From NCBI GenBank assembly GCA_963804085.1, contig CAWDOQ010000002.1:256001-320000 (forward strand): 64,000 nt of DNA, read 5' to 3'. Under the pieces are notes generated by a model. It did no database searches and was not told the DNA's origin. It saw only the letters and a program-made list of their open reading frames with translations. Source of the stretch: Chlamydiia bacterium. GTDB taxonomy: Bacteria; Chlamydiota; Chlamydiia; Chlamydiales; Rhabdochlamydiaceae. How positions within the stretch are numbered: position 1 is the first letter of the stretch; every line of letters begins with the position of its first letter. A program made the position numbers and the translations under genes. Of this stretch, positions 36,665 through 46,503 are shown piece by piece.

Positions 36665-37774
36665 TTAACGTATAGAGAACAGGAGCAATTCAAGATCTTT
36701 TAAGCACTCTTCTTCCTCTTCTGGGCGAGAAATGACTTGGAACTCATAAAAATGATCGCCGTGCTGAAAAGATCTGCGATTTTCAACGAGGCTTTCTCTA
36801 TTTGTAAGCGCGTTAGGCTCGCAAAAATAGGTGCCCGTTAAAAACGGTATCTGATTTTCACTGGCAAAAACATCACGGCATCTTTCTGATAAAGAACGCT
36901 CATGAGCTGCTTGACCAAAACCTTTCCAATAACGCACAGAAAGGACCCCCGAACCTGAAAGCTGAAACAAGCCTTCATATTCTCCGTAGCGTCCCAATAT
37001 AGGTGTGATATGCACCGGCACAGCAAAAGAAAGCGAGCTCGAGCCATCATTGACATAGTAGATGCGATCTTGGGAGTTAAAGAAAAAATCGTCTGTCTCA
37101 TCTACTAAAAAATCCTCTCCCCGTAAAACTTCAGGGACTCTATCTGAAGATATCTCCCTGCAAAATCTTGAAATGACAACTGCTTTTTCTGCTTCATTAA
37201 ATGCGCTCTCTTGCTCCTCCCACTCTTCAAATGAACGGTAATCGCGAGGAAAAGCTTTATTCCAGTTTTCGAAATTACCTAAGGCCATTCTTTTTGCTTT
37301 TAACCAAGCTTGTTTCTCTTCATCGGTTAAGCCACAGGCAAGAATGGCATGATGCACATATTGAAATAGCATCTCATAGACGAGGCCATCTTGCGTTCCA
37401 GTATGATCATCTACGAGTCGTTCATCGATTTCCATTCTTCCTAATGCACCCATGTATAATACAGCGCCCTTCTCAAAATCTTTGAGATAGACGTAACCAA
37501 GTCCGCTACCAAGCAGCACATCAGGAGAATAGTACCCTGGGTTTGTATACACCTTTTCTAAAAGCTCTTTTTTTTTGTCTGATGGAATATTTTCGTTCAC
37601 CACAAAATCACTCATAAAGAAAATCCGCTGACCGGGAGAAGATTGACAAAGATTCGCGCACTCTTCCCAAAAGCTGTCTGTATAATTCTCATGAGGGGAT
37701 CCATTCAGACCAGCACTTGCTTTAATAGCTCCAAACACGATGCAGAAAATAAACAAACAGAAAAAGCGTTTCAT
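36665..37774 (-). CDS. Hypothetical exported protein
   Basis: Signal peptide MKRFFCLFIFCIVFGAIKASA; 369-aa ORF. Confidence 0.7.
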   Translation of the reverse strand: MKRFFCLFIFCIVFGAIKASAGLNGSPHENYTDSFWEECANLCQSSPGQRIFFMSDFVVNENIPSDKKKELLEKVYTNPGYYSPDVLLGSGLGYVYLKDFEKGAVLYMGALGRMEIDERLVDDHTGTQDGLVYEMLFQYVHHAILACGLTDEEKQAWLKAKRMALGNFENWNKAFPRDYRSFEEWEEQESAFNEAEKAVVISRFCREISSDRVPEVLRGEDFLVDETDDFFFNSQDRIYYVNDGSSSLSFAVPVHITPILGRYGEYEGLFQLSGSGVLSVRYWKGFGQAAHERSLSERCRDVFASENQIPFLTGTYFCEPNALTNRESLVENRRSFQHGDHFYEFQVISRPEEEEECLKDLELLLFSIR

Positions 37775-37786
37775 AGTGCGTAGCCT

Positions 37787-38254
37787 TTAAGTTTTGATTG
37801 AGGACTCTACTTTGACTGGAAAATTCACAGAGTTGGCGATGAAGCATTTTTTGTGCGCTTCAGCATGGAGCTTCTCTGCATCGGCAATCCGTGCAGCATC
37901 TGTTATAACAATCACGGGTCGCATCGTGGCTTCTTTGAATCTGCCAAGACCTGATGCTTCAACGATCATCTCCCCAATTGGGCGATCGACATATTCCATG
38001 ACTATGATTTTCTGCTCAGAGCAGAGGTGCAAATACCAGAGCATGTGGCAGGCACTAAGAGATGCAAGCAGAAGCTCTTCGGGATTCCAGCGTGTCGGGT
38101 CCCCTCTAAACTTTGGGTCGGAGGAGCCGACGAGATCGGGCTTTCCCGGTGCAGTGATCAGATGCGCGCGATCATATGAGCGGTAATCTTTTGTTCCGTC
38201 TCCTCGATTTCCTGTCCACTTAACCGAGAGTTCGTAATGGTGTGCATTTGTCAT
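37787..38254 (-). CDS. OsmC/Ohr family peroxiredoxin
   Basis: WNPEELLLASLSACHML, AHKKCFIANSV; likely start MTNAHH. Confidence 0.92.
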   Translation of the reverse strand: MTNAHHYELSVKWTGNRGDGTKDYRSYDRAHLITAPGKPDLVGSSDPKFRGDPTRWNPEELLLASLSACHMLWYLHLCSEQKIIVMEYVDRPIGEMIVEASGLGRFKEATMRPVIVITDAARIADAEKLHAEAHKKCFIANSVNFPVKVESSIKT

Positions 38255-38431
38255 AGATGAGCCAGTGTACTCTAATCGTGACCGCAGAAAAAGAACTTCT
38301 TTTGGGTGGTGCAGGCAACGCTGATGTGCCTCTGTTGCATTGGTGGGTTTTTCTTGCATTAAATCGGCTGTGCATATAATTTTTTTCTGAAAAGTCACAA
38401 AATTTGACTAAATCAACAACTTGGAGATCTT

Positions 38432-39196
38432 ATGACTACACTGACACAACCTCTTGCAGCCAGTGATACACTCGGCAATATGTCAATACAATCAAGTGCC
38501 CATGCTGCACCATCCTCCGGAGAGCGGAAAGTCGATTTCTCATACACCACGAGCACCATGCAGAGTGCAGCTGCTCCAACCGTTGCTGTGGATGCAAGGT
38601 TATTTGCACAAATGCAACAAATGCTACTTGCCAATCAGCTCGCTACAGCGCCAATTCAAAATCTCCCGCGAGAAACCGTTTTGCAAGACGGGAGCAAATA
38701 TATCGGTCCGACCAATAAAGATGGTCAACCTCACGGTTATGGTAGCGTAACGTACCCAGCACAAGATGACCGTTTAGACTACGTCGGAGAATTCCAAAAT
38801 GGAGTTCGCACTCAGGGGAAAATAAGATGGAGAACGGGAGATAGTTACGAAGGATCCTTTACAGATGACAAAGCAACTGGCCGAGGTAAACTCACATTTC
38901 CACCGGGAAATTCGAATAGTCAATTGAACTATGATGGAGAAGTACAGGCTGGGTGGGCTCATGGCCGCGGCATCATGCGTTGGACAGATGGGGCAATACA
39001 TGAAGGCCTCTTTCAAAAAGGAAACATGGAAGGTCAAGGCAAGCAAACGATGAGGAACGGCGACTATAAACTAGGAGTTTTTCAGAAGGGCGCTCTATGG
39101 GAAGGAGACCATTTCCGCAACTTTCCGCAAGGGGGTTCAGGTACCACTCCGTATAAAAATGGAGCCCCATTTTATGGTTGCTGTGTAATTCTTTGA
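38432..39196 (+). CDS. MORN-repeat protein with a C-terminal CaaX box
   Basis: Repeats YVGEFQNG, YEGSFTDDKATGRG, YDGEVQAGWAHGRG; ends GCCVIL*. Confidence 0.85.
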   Translation: MTTLTQPLAASDTLGNMSIQSSAHAAPSSGERKVDFSYTTSTMQSAAAPTVAVDARLFAQMQQMLLANQLATAPIQNLPRETVLQDGSKYIGPTNKDGQPHGYGSVTYPAQDDRLDYVGEFQNGVRTQGKIRWRTGDSYEGSFTDDKATGRGKLTFPPGNSNSQLNYDGEVQAGWAHGRGIMRWTDGAIHEGLFQKGNMEGQGKQTMRNGDYKLGVFQKGALWEGDHFRNFPQGGSGTTPYKNGAPFYGCCVIL

Positions 39197-39209
39197 TTCA
39201 CCCCGGGAA

Positions 39210-39244
39210 GAGCTTAGGCAAAAATTATGATTTTGCCTAAGCTC
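39210..39244. terminator. Bidirectional terminator hairpin between convergent genes
   Basis: gagcttaggcaaaa-N7-ttttgcctaagctc. Confidence 0.75.
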
Positions 39245-39265
39245 GCAGTAGTTGGATTTAGATCC

Positions 39266-40210
39266 CTAATCGTGGCGGCAGAAAAAGAACTTCCTTCTGT
39301 TCGTAAACACAACGCTGACGTAGTCCATACCAAAATCACAATTTGGATTGCTAAATGTCTCCTTGACAAGCCCCTTGTCACCAAAAAAATCCTGAATCGC
39401 TAAGTTGATCTTACGGAGCAGTTTGTCAGACTCACGCGATCCATCGCCTCCAACAATATAGATATGATAAATAGCTGCCTTATCGCGTGATATTTTCTCG
39501 AACTGTTTACATACATCTTCTTTGGTAGTTAAAGCGGAGGAGACGTGGTGAACTATGACCTCTTTTTCACTCAGACAAAAGACCGCTATACTGTCGCCTA
39601 TTTCGTATGCTGTTACATTCCGATTGTCTCGACAGACAGCAGAGGCTGCTACATGCACATTAATTGGGGTTGTATTGCTATGATGTTGAGAGATAGAACC
39701 TGCCACACTTAACAAAGGCAAAGTCTTTAAGGCCATCAAATTCGTTTTCTCTTTGGTTGCCTTAGTTTTGATTGGAAAATCCTTAAAATACAGCTCCTCT
39801 ACATCCTCATTAAATACCGATGTAGGCGCGCTCGACGAAAGAGAGGGAGAAACTTCTTTGCCTGGCGGCTTCTTCTCATCATTCTCCATTGCCTGTTTAG
39901 ACTTGATTTGCTGCTCATGCTTTTGAAACTCTTCAAACTTTTTCCAGGACAACACCTGCTCCTCTGTGCTGAAAACAGGGTGAGCGAGCATCACAAGTTT
40001 TTTCTGACTCCTGATGTGTTTCAACATCACCTTGACTGATTCTCTGGAGGTTCCGCCAAGGCCAAAAGGAGAAAGCGAGCCGCTTGTCGTCGGACTACCA
40101 ATAATCGGAGACCCTAAGTCTGAAGAACGAGCACTAACAGTCGTTGCAATACTGGGATGATCTACTGAAATCCTGCTGAGTGCAGGGCTGTTAGCAAGAG
40201 ATGAGGTCAT
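39266..40210 (-). CDS. Hypothetical effector-like protein
   Basis: S/P-rich disordered N-terminus; folded C-terminal domain with IGDSIAVF..HHVS..IYIVGG. Confidence 0.65.
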   Translation of the reverse strand: MTSSLANSPALSRISVDHPSIATTVSARSSDLGSPIIGSPTTSGSLSPFGLGGTSRESVKVMLKHIRSQKKLVMLAHPVFSTEEQVLSWKKFEEFQKHEQQIKSKQAMENDEKKPPGKEVSPSLSSSAPTSVFNEDVEELYFKDFPIKTKATKEKTNLMALKTLPLLSVAGSISQHHSNTTPINVHVAASAVCRDNRNVTAYEIGDSIAVFCLSEKEVIVHHVSSALTTKEDVCKQFEKISRDKAAIYHIYIVGGDGSRESDKLLRKINLAIQDFFGDKGLVKETFSNPNCDFGMDYVSVVFTNRRKFFFCRHD

Positions 40211-42155
40211 TTTGAATTTCCCTCTCAGCTAGAAAACATTGGCACCAAGGTTAGACCATGGCTACAAACACATCAAGAATTATTTTGATCCTTTCATGGT
40301 CCTAGACACTCGGCGGAATTGGGTGATCGGGTAGGAAGCCTCCGGCCTGCATTTGCCACATATGCGCGTAGTGCCCTTTTTTGTTCAAAAGCTCCAGGTG
40401 AGATCCTTGCTCTATGATCTTCCCTTGATCGAAGACCAAAATCCGATCCATTTTGGAAAGGGTGGACAGGCGATGCGCCACCACGATCGTTGTCCGATTT
40501 GCCATCAGTTTATCTAAACTGTCTTGAATATATTTTTCTGTGACCGAATCAAGGGCTGAGGTGGCTTCATCGAGGATGAGAATCGGGGCCTTTAAAAGCA
40601 TGGCGCGGGCAATCGCAATTCTTTGTTTTTCTCCGCCAGAAAGCTTTGTCCCTCGCTCTCCGACAAGGGTGCTATATCCTTTTGCGCATTGTTTGATAAA
40701 CTCATCACAATGAGCTAGTTTTGCAGATTCGATCACCTCTTCTTTGGAAGCTTCTACTCGACCGTAGCGGATATTATCCTCTAGTGAACGATGGAAAAGG
40801 ATCGGATCTTGAGGAATGAGCGCAATGTTTCCCCGAAGAGATTCCAATGTGACAGACGCAATATCTTGCTCATCGATCAAAATCCTCCCTTTTTCAAGAG
40901 AGAAAAACCGGAGAATCAAATTGACAAAGGTCGATTTCCCTGCGCCTGAATAACCAACAAGTCCGACTTTTTCTCCAGCGCCAATCCGCAAATTTTTGTT
41001 TTGGAAAATTTTTTTCTCACCGTAGCAAAAAGAGACGTTTTCAAAGACAATCTCTCCACGCTTAATGGAGAGCTCTACAGCATGAGGGGGATCGAGCAGA
41101 TCTTGGGGATGCTGCATGACGGCGAGGGCCTGTTTTGCAATGCCAAGAGATTGAAAAAATTCGGGAGCCTTATCTCCAACCATCCAAACGATCATGCTTA
41201 AATTCCATATCGTGTAAAAGCTCTGAACAACTTCCCCTGCAGAAATTTTCCCATGCGTCCAATAAAAAATGATGAACCCCGTCAGCGTAAAAACTTCTAC
41301 AAGAAAGGCGACAGATAAAGAGGTAAACATTTTCGCAGAATAGACTTGCGCAAGGTAATTTGCTTTCTGCTCTTGCCTTTGATAGTGAGCGATGTGATCC
41401 TTTTCAAAACGGAAACGGAAGAAGAGATTTACAACAACATTGTTGGTTAAGCTATCGACGATTTTACCAACAAGAGTGCTCCTAGATTCTCCATGAAGAT
41501 AAGAGTAGTGCGCACATTTTAGAGTGAAAATCCCGCAAAGCGTAAAATGGACCACAATCCAAATCCCCACAATCAGTGCAAGGAAGGCGTTTATCTGTGA
41601 GAAAATAATAAGCGTCAAAACGCAGCTGAGAGCAGCGGGGATAAATAACATCAACGCGTTTCGCAACAATGCGCTGGTCGTCAAAACCATATCCCCAATT
41701 TTATTCGCCAAGCTCCCCGAAAAATGCTCGTTGAAGTATTTTGGAGAATGATTCTGAACGTGATCAAACATGGTCATGCGGATATCTGCTTCCAGCTTAG
41801 GAAAGGCGCGCGCCGTCAGAAAATCCCTTAAACGAAATCCACCTTCAATGAAAACCAAAGCACCCGTGAGGTGGTTGGCTTAGGCTGGACAGGTTTTAAC
41901 GAAAGTTAAGTTAAACTCTTTACCCCGTTCATTTTCTTTGGTTCTAACTGAGCATCCAAAGAGTGCTCTACTCTAAAACATCCCTTTCTCTTTTTCAACC
42001 TTTTTTCTTCTCATCCATTTCGTCTTACCCATGCCGATAGGCTGGGGGAGTTTGAGGGGGACTCCCCCTCATAAAAAAACTAAAAAACAAGTCTGCCGAG
42101 TCCAACCGAAGGGCGGCGGCGGGGGAGCGGGGGGCGGTAGCCCCCGACATGTTTT

Positions 42156-43000
42156 TCACTTCCTGTAAATCACCCCAGGTGCGACATAACCAAGCGATGA
42201 GTGCAGCCGCTCCTCGTTGTAAAAGCCAAAATACTTCTCGAGACTTCTGTGCGCGTCAAGCCCATCAACGTAGTCTCGGATGTAAACTTCTTCTTGTTTA
42301 ACTGTCCTCCAAAGGCGTTCTACCCACACATTGTCCAGAGCTCGCCCTCGGCCGTCCATGCTGATTTTTACCCCAGCTTCCAGCAGTATCCCCGTAAATT
42401 CAATACTCGTATACTGGGCGCCTTGATCTGTGTTAAACATATCGGGCGTTCCTCTCTTAAGCGCCGCTCGCAGCACTTCTCTACAAAACATCCCGTCCAG
42501 TGAGTTTGATAGCCTCCACGCAAGGACGTAGCGGCTATACCAATCGATTACTGCTGTCAGGTAGAGAAAGCCATGTCTCATTCGCAGGTAGGTAATGTCC
42601 GTGCTCCAAACCTGATTTATCCGCTCAATTTCGATCCCTCTAAGCAGGTAGGGATAGATCTTATGGCCGGGATACGGCTTGCTCAAATTGGGCTTCGGAT
42701 AAATGGCCTCAATTCCCATCCGCTTCATCAAGGTCTTGGCTAAATCCACACCCACCTCATGTCCCATTGACTTCAAGACGGCGCTAATGCGCCTCTTGCC
42801 ATAAAAGGGGCATGCCATAAAGAGCTGGTCGATCTCTCTCATCATGGCCAGATTAAACGCATCGTCAGAACACGACTCATAGTAGTAGGTGGATCTCGGC
42901 AATCCAACCAAATCGCATTGGCGCTCAATCGTGAAATCCCGATCTCCAGGCCTAATAATGGATCTCTTCTCATCTACGGAAAAAGGTCCAATTTTTTTTT
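42156..43000 (-). CDS. IS3 transposase OrfB (DDE integrase core), reached by -1 frameshift
   Basis: [31 protein letters not shown]9 slippery run at 42992-43000. Confidence 0.93.
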
Positions 43001-43252
43001 AAGCCAATCCCGTTCTACTGTCACTTCACCAATCTGTCGATAGAGTTCATCGAATTTTTTTGTGTGATTTACATTCTTCTTCTGAGTGATAAACACCTCA
43101 GCAATATTCTCTAGAAGTTGCTTTTTCCACTGGGAGATCTGAACGGAATGCACCTCGTATTGAGACGCCAACTCATTCAGAGTTTTGATTTCTTTGGCAG
43201 CCTCCAAAGCTACCTTTGCCTTGAATTCTGCGCTGTGCCTTTTGCGTGTCAT
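42974..43252 (-). CDS. IS3 transposase OrfA (HTH)
   Basis: [33 protein letters not shown]. Confidence 0.93.
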   Translation of the reverse strand: MTRKRHSAEFKAKVALEAAKEIKTLNELASQYEVHSVQISQWKKQLLENIAEVFITQKKNVNHTKKFDELYRQIGEVTVERDWLKKKLDLFP

Positions 43253-43707
43253 TTTGTTTACCCTCTATTTTTTTGTTTATAGGGGTAAAGCTTAACTTAT
43301 TTTCGCGAATTTTGTGTCCAGTTTTGGCCAACCATTTCACCCGCACCCCACATCAGAAAAATTTTTAAAAAGGGCCAAGCCAAGAAACGATCGGCATCAT
43401 AGAGTGTCAATACGTCAACGATTTTCCGAAGGAAAAATGGCCAGAACAGCATGTCGAACGACCAGATCCAGGAAAGAAGCATTATGATAGCAAATGTCCA
43501 GCGTTGCGTTCGTACAAATTTCCAAATAAAATCTATTAAATGCATAGTTCTTTCGATTTCGTATAATTTCTTGAGGGCCTACTATCTCATAATATTCTAA
43601 TATTTGCATTTGGAAACTCTTAGCCACCCACCCATAAACGATAAAGGCACTCAATCAAAGTCAATGAGTGCTTTTATTACATCACTTCATGGAGAAGGCT
43701 TCTCACT

Positions 43708-44431
43708 TTATGAACGACGTGTCTTGGAGTTTCGTTTCAGCCAACAATAGATGAAAACAAAAGGGATGAGGATCCAAGAAATTAAGCTAAGTTTCTGATC
43801 AATGGGGTAGGGCTCCATGAATCCGACGGCTCCATAGTAGCCAAAAAAGAGTAGAATATTTGCAGAGAGAAAAGCCCATTGCCCCGCTTTGCTATTGATT
43901 CTGAGAACTTTGCAAGCACGAGGCGCTTCGGTAATAAGCATGCGGTGAAATCCCCAAAGAGCAAAAAAGAGTTCCCGGAATAGCCACAACCCATGGCGAT
44001 AGGCCAGTAGCATAAAGAAAGTGATAAACGTCCCCATGCTGAGTAAAAGATCGAATGGGGATATAGGCATATGTTTCGCAAATTTCAATTAGAGTAAACC
44101 AATACATAAAGGCAAACACCCATCGATTAGACCTCTTTTGAAGCAGTCTTAAGCCTATCAGAAAGAGTAGAGCTTGCAATAGAAGAGGGGCAATGGCAAT
44201 AACTGCCATGATTCCCGGTTTTCCATCTGCCAATATCTGTTCATAAGGAACAGCTTCGTCGATATCCCACAATGTAAACCAGTTAGAACCGTAATGAATA
44301 GCGAAGGGAGAACTTTTATAGCCGGTCAGCCATGCGACTGCGCCATGTGTCCACTCGTGAATGTAGACAGCGCTATGGTGAGCTATCCACAAGATTGCAA
44401 GGAGAGCGAAGAGAAAGTAAAGGCGTTTCAT
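43708..44431 (-). CDS. Membrane protein with HExxH (M50-like), 1-nt frameshift at 43963-43968
   Basis: YIHEWTHG in a TM context; C-terminal TMs (FALWGFHRML...) lie in the shifted frame. Confidence 0.65.
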
Positions 44432-44503
44432 TAGTATTCAGAATTGGAAATTTCAGTTGTTCGATTTTACCGAGCAACTGATTAAACTTCATCTACAAGG
44501 TGA

Positions 44504-45016
44504 TTAGAGAGAACAGCAACAACAAGACCCGAAAAGGAAAAGTTCTTCGAATTTCACTGGTCGAGTTAAGTTTGTTGGAGGATTATTGTCTATCCTTATG
44601 GATCCGATTACCTGTCTGGTGTCCATGATCACTTTATGATAGAGAGCACTGGCCATACGTAGAGGCATATCGAAAACGGTGGCAATTGTTCCACCCGCAA
44701 TCGACACATACTTCAGCGTCAAATTTCCCGTATCCTCCCTGCAACACACGATAACGATTAGGGGTAAAGCTGCGAGGAGAGAGAAGGCAAGGCGGACGGC
44801 TGCTTCTGCAAGCGCTGCGACGCAAAGTGCAGGATAGGCTAAGAGTCCAACCACTCTTCTTCCAAAGCTCTCTAAATAGTCCATGTTCTTGAAGACGTTA
44901 CCGTTATCCTCTGCCTTTGGATTCATGAAATCATCTGTAAGAGAGACCATGGCATGGTAAGCAAGTGGAAATGCAAAATAATTTTTTGCTGCTTCTGTTC
45001 CCAGGGGTAATGACAT
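44504..45016 (-). CDS. Hypothetical membrane (Inc-like) protein ending in a poly-Cys/CaaX motif
   Basis: Long bilobed hydrophobic stretch; C-terminus GSCCCCSL*. Confidence 0.7.
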   Translation of the reverse strand: MSLPLGTEAAKNYFAFPLAYHAMVSLTDDFMNPKAEDNGNVFKNMDYLESFGRRVVGLLAYPALCVAALAEAAVRLAFSLLAALPLIVIVCCREDTGNLTLKYVSIAGGTIATVFDMPLRMASALYHKVIMDTRQVIGSIRIDNNPPTNLTRPVKFEELFLFGSCCCCSL

Positions 45017-45155
45017 ATGAATCCTACGATAGTTGGTTTTTTAAGGATTTTCATCATATCAATTTTATAAAATTAACTCAATGATTTATTGTTTAAATTC
45101 ATAGCTATATATTTAAATTAATAATTTATAAAAGAATTGAGTGTTTCTTATTAAA

Positions 45156-45460
45156 AGGCTAGGGAACTCGAGTCCCGCACGCGACACAAACTTTTGAGTC
45201 GCTTCCGAGCAAAAAAAATACCTGGCTGATGCCAGGTTGGAGCGGGATTTCCCTCACGGCCGCTAGCGGCCTCCGGGATGGCAGTCCGGCAGCATGCAGG
45301 CTGCCGCACTCGAATCCCACACGCGACACAAACTATCCTCAAGCGGGATTTCCCTCGCGGCGCATTCGCGCCTCCGGGACGGCGGTTCCCCAGCACAAGG
45401 CTGGGGAACTCGAATCCCACGCGCAAGCCACACTGTGGCTTGCTTCCAGCGCAAATTTTT
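45156..45460 (-). repeat. About 2.5 copies of a 101-bp structured repeat related to the tRNA T-arm
   Basis: Units starting AGCGGGATTTCCCTC at 45241 and 45342; ACTCGARTCCCRCRCG-like motifs at about 45166, 45308 and 45408. Confidence 0.8.
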
Positions 45461-45468
45461 TCAAAATT

Positions 45469-45551
45469 TGCTCGGAGCGGGACTCGAACCCGCACGGGAT
45501 TGCTCCCAAGAGATTTTAAGTCTCTAGTGTCTACCGTTCCACCATCCAAGC
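45469..45551 (-). tRNA. tRNA-Leu (anticodon TAA), CCA not encoded
   Basis: GCTTGGATGGTGGAACGGTAGACACTAGAGACTTAAAATCTCTTGGGAGCAATCCCGTGCGGGTTCGAGTCCCGCTCCGAGCA; long variable arm. Confidence 0.96.
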
Positions 45552-45624
45552 AAAAAGATGTATAAATGCTCTCGCTACTGCGTTTAAGCAATAGCGAGAG
45601 TGTATGTTGTGTAAGGGATAAAAT

Positions 45625-46476
45625 TCAAGAAAAGCTGCTTCCAAAAGGAGGCGGCATTTGGCCGAGGAATGACAGGCTACCTTCATAGGAATGGGTAGTC
45701 GTGGTCATGCGGCTCAGGTGGCTGCCACCAGATCCGGAAGATCCATCTTCGTCATCATCATCTTCTTTGCGGCTCATCTCTTCTTCTTCTTCATCTTCAT
45801 CTTCGATTAGCGGCTTGGGAAGAATATCTCTTTCAGAAAGTGCTGTATCTTTGTCTTTATACCTGCCGATCGTCTCTGAGATAAGAGTGGTGGGTGGAGG
45901 GATAAGTGTACTGAATATAGATGATGAAACTTGCGCTTCATCACTCTTACCACCTCCTTGTTCTGTTGTCTCAGCTTCTGCTTGTTGTTCTTCTCCCTGA
46001 GCTCTGGGTCTCTCTTGCCATCTCTGGCCTTCTGGCGGCTGACGCTCATCGGAGGATCTGCCCCCACGGCGGCGGCGGTGTCTACGGTCGCGTCTTCTTT
46101 CAGGGCGTCCTTCTGATGGAGCTCCTGGCTCGCCCTCTTGGCCCGCTTCTTCAACAGCTTCTTCTTTCTCTTCGCGCTGTGCTCTAACGGGTGCTTCTCT
46201 TCCTCCTCCAATCTTAATGGAGCGCTCTACTTGGGCGTTTTTCAAGGCGACGCGTGTCTCCTTGACTTCTACGATCTCGTAGTCGCTCACTGGCACTAAA
46301 AAGGATTTGGGTCTTTCTGTAGAGCGGAAGAAAAAGGAGTGGCCAAATGAGACCACTTCTATTGAGTCTACTAAGTACTCTTCTTGGCTCTCCCCTTTGC
46401 TACTGCGTACGGAAAGTTTAAAACCCTCCTTGGGGGTAATGATCGTTTCTATGATAGGTTCTCTTGTAAAATTCAC
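45625..46476 (-). CDS. grgA: Chlamydia-specific transcription factor GrgA homolog
   Basis: FTREPIIETIITPKEGFKLSVR...KSFLVPVSDYEIVEV; Arg-rich middle; downstream of gapA as in Chlamydia. Confidence 0.85.
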   Translation of the reverse strand: MNFTREPIIETIITPKEGFKLSVRSSKGESQEEYLVDSIEVVSFGHSFFFRSTERPKSFLVPVSDYEIVEVKETRVALKNAQVERSIKIGGGREAPVRAQREEKEEAVEEAGQEGEPGAPSEGRPERRRDRRHRRRRGGRSSDERQPPEGQRWQERPRAQGEEQQAEAETTEQGGGKSDEAQVSSSIFSTLIPPPTTLISETIGRYKDKDTALSERDILPKPLIEDEDEEEEEMSRKEDDDDEDGSSGSGGSHLSRMTTTTHSYEGSLSFLGQMPPPFGSSFS

Positions 46477-46503
46477 TGAATTTGTCCATGGTTTAGGAGT
46501 TTT

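Larger units (their letters stand above)
41867..43339 (-). mobile_element. Complete IS3-family insertion sequence (1473 bp) with 4-bp target duplication CCCG
   Basis: TG...CA ends; imperfect IRs TGAGGTGGTTGGCTTAGGCTGGACA / TGAAATGGTTGGCCAAAACTGGACA; CCCG at 41863-41866 and 43340-43343. Confidence 0.95.
40302..43545 (-). pseudogene. ABC transporter (fused permease/ATPase) interrupted by IS3
   Basis: 5' part 43340-43545 and 3' part 40302-41866 rejoin as LMWGAGALVFIEGG; GYSGAGKST, LSGGEKQR and LDEATS motifs. Confidence 0.93.

Noticed and set aside
43641-43677. GCACTC...GAGTGC palindrome as a CIRCE
   Set aside because: Spacer is 13 nt rather than 9 and the TTA/TAA ends are missing; more likely a terminator or another operator.
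45156-45460. Repeats near tRNA-Leu as a CRISPR array or prophage att site
   Set aside because: Units are structured along their whole length with no unique spacers, no cas or integrase genes are present, and there is no exact tRNA 3' duplicate.
45151-45591. Several ORFs over the tRNA and repeat region
   Set aside because: They overlap tRNA-Leu and GC-rich repeats and have no protein features.
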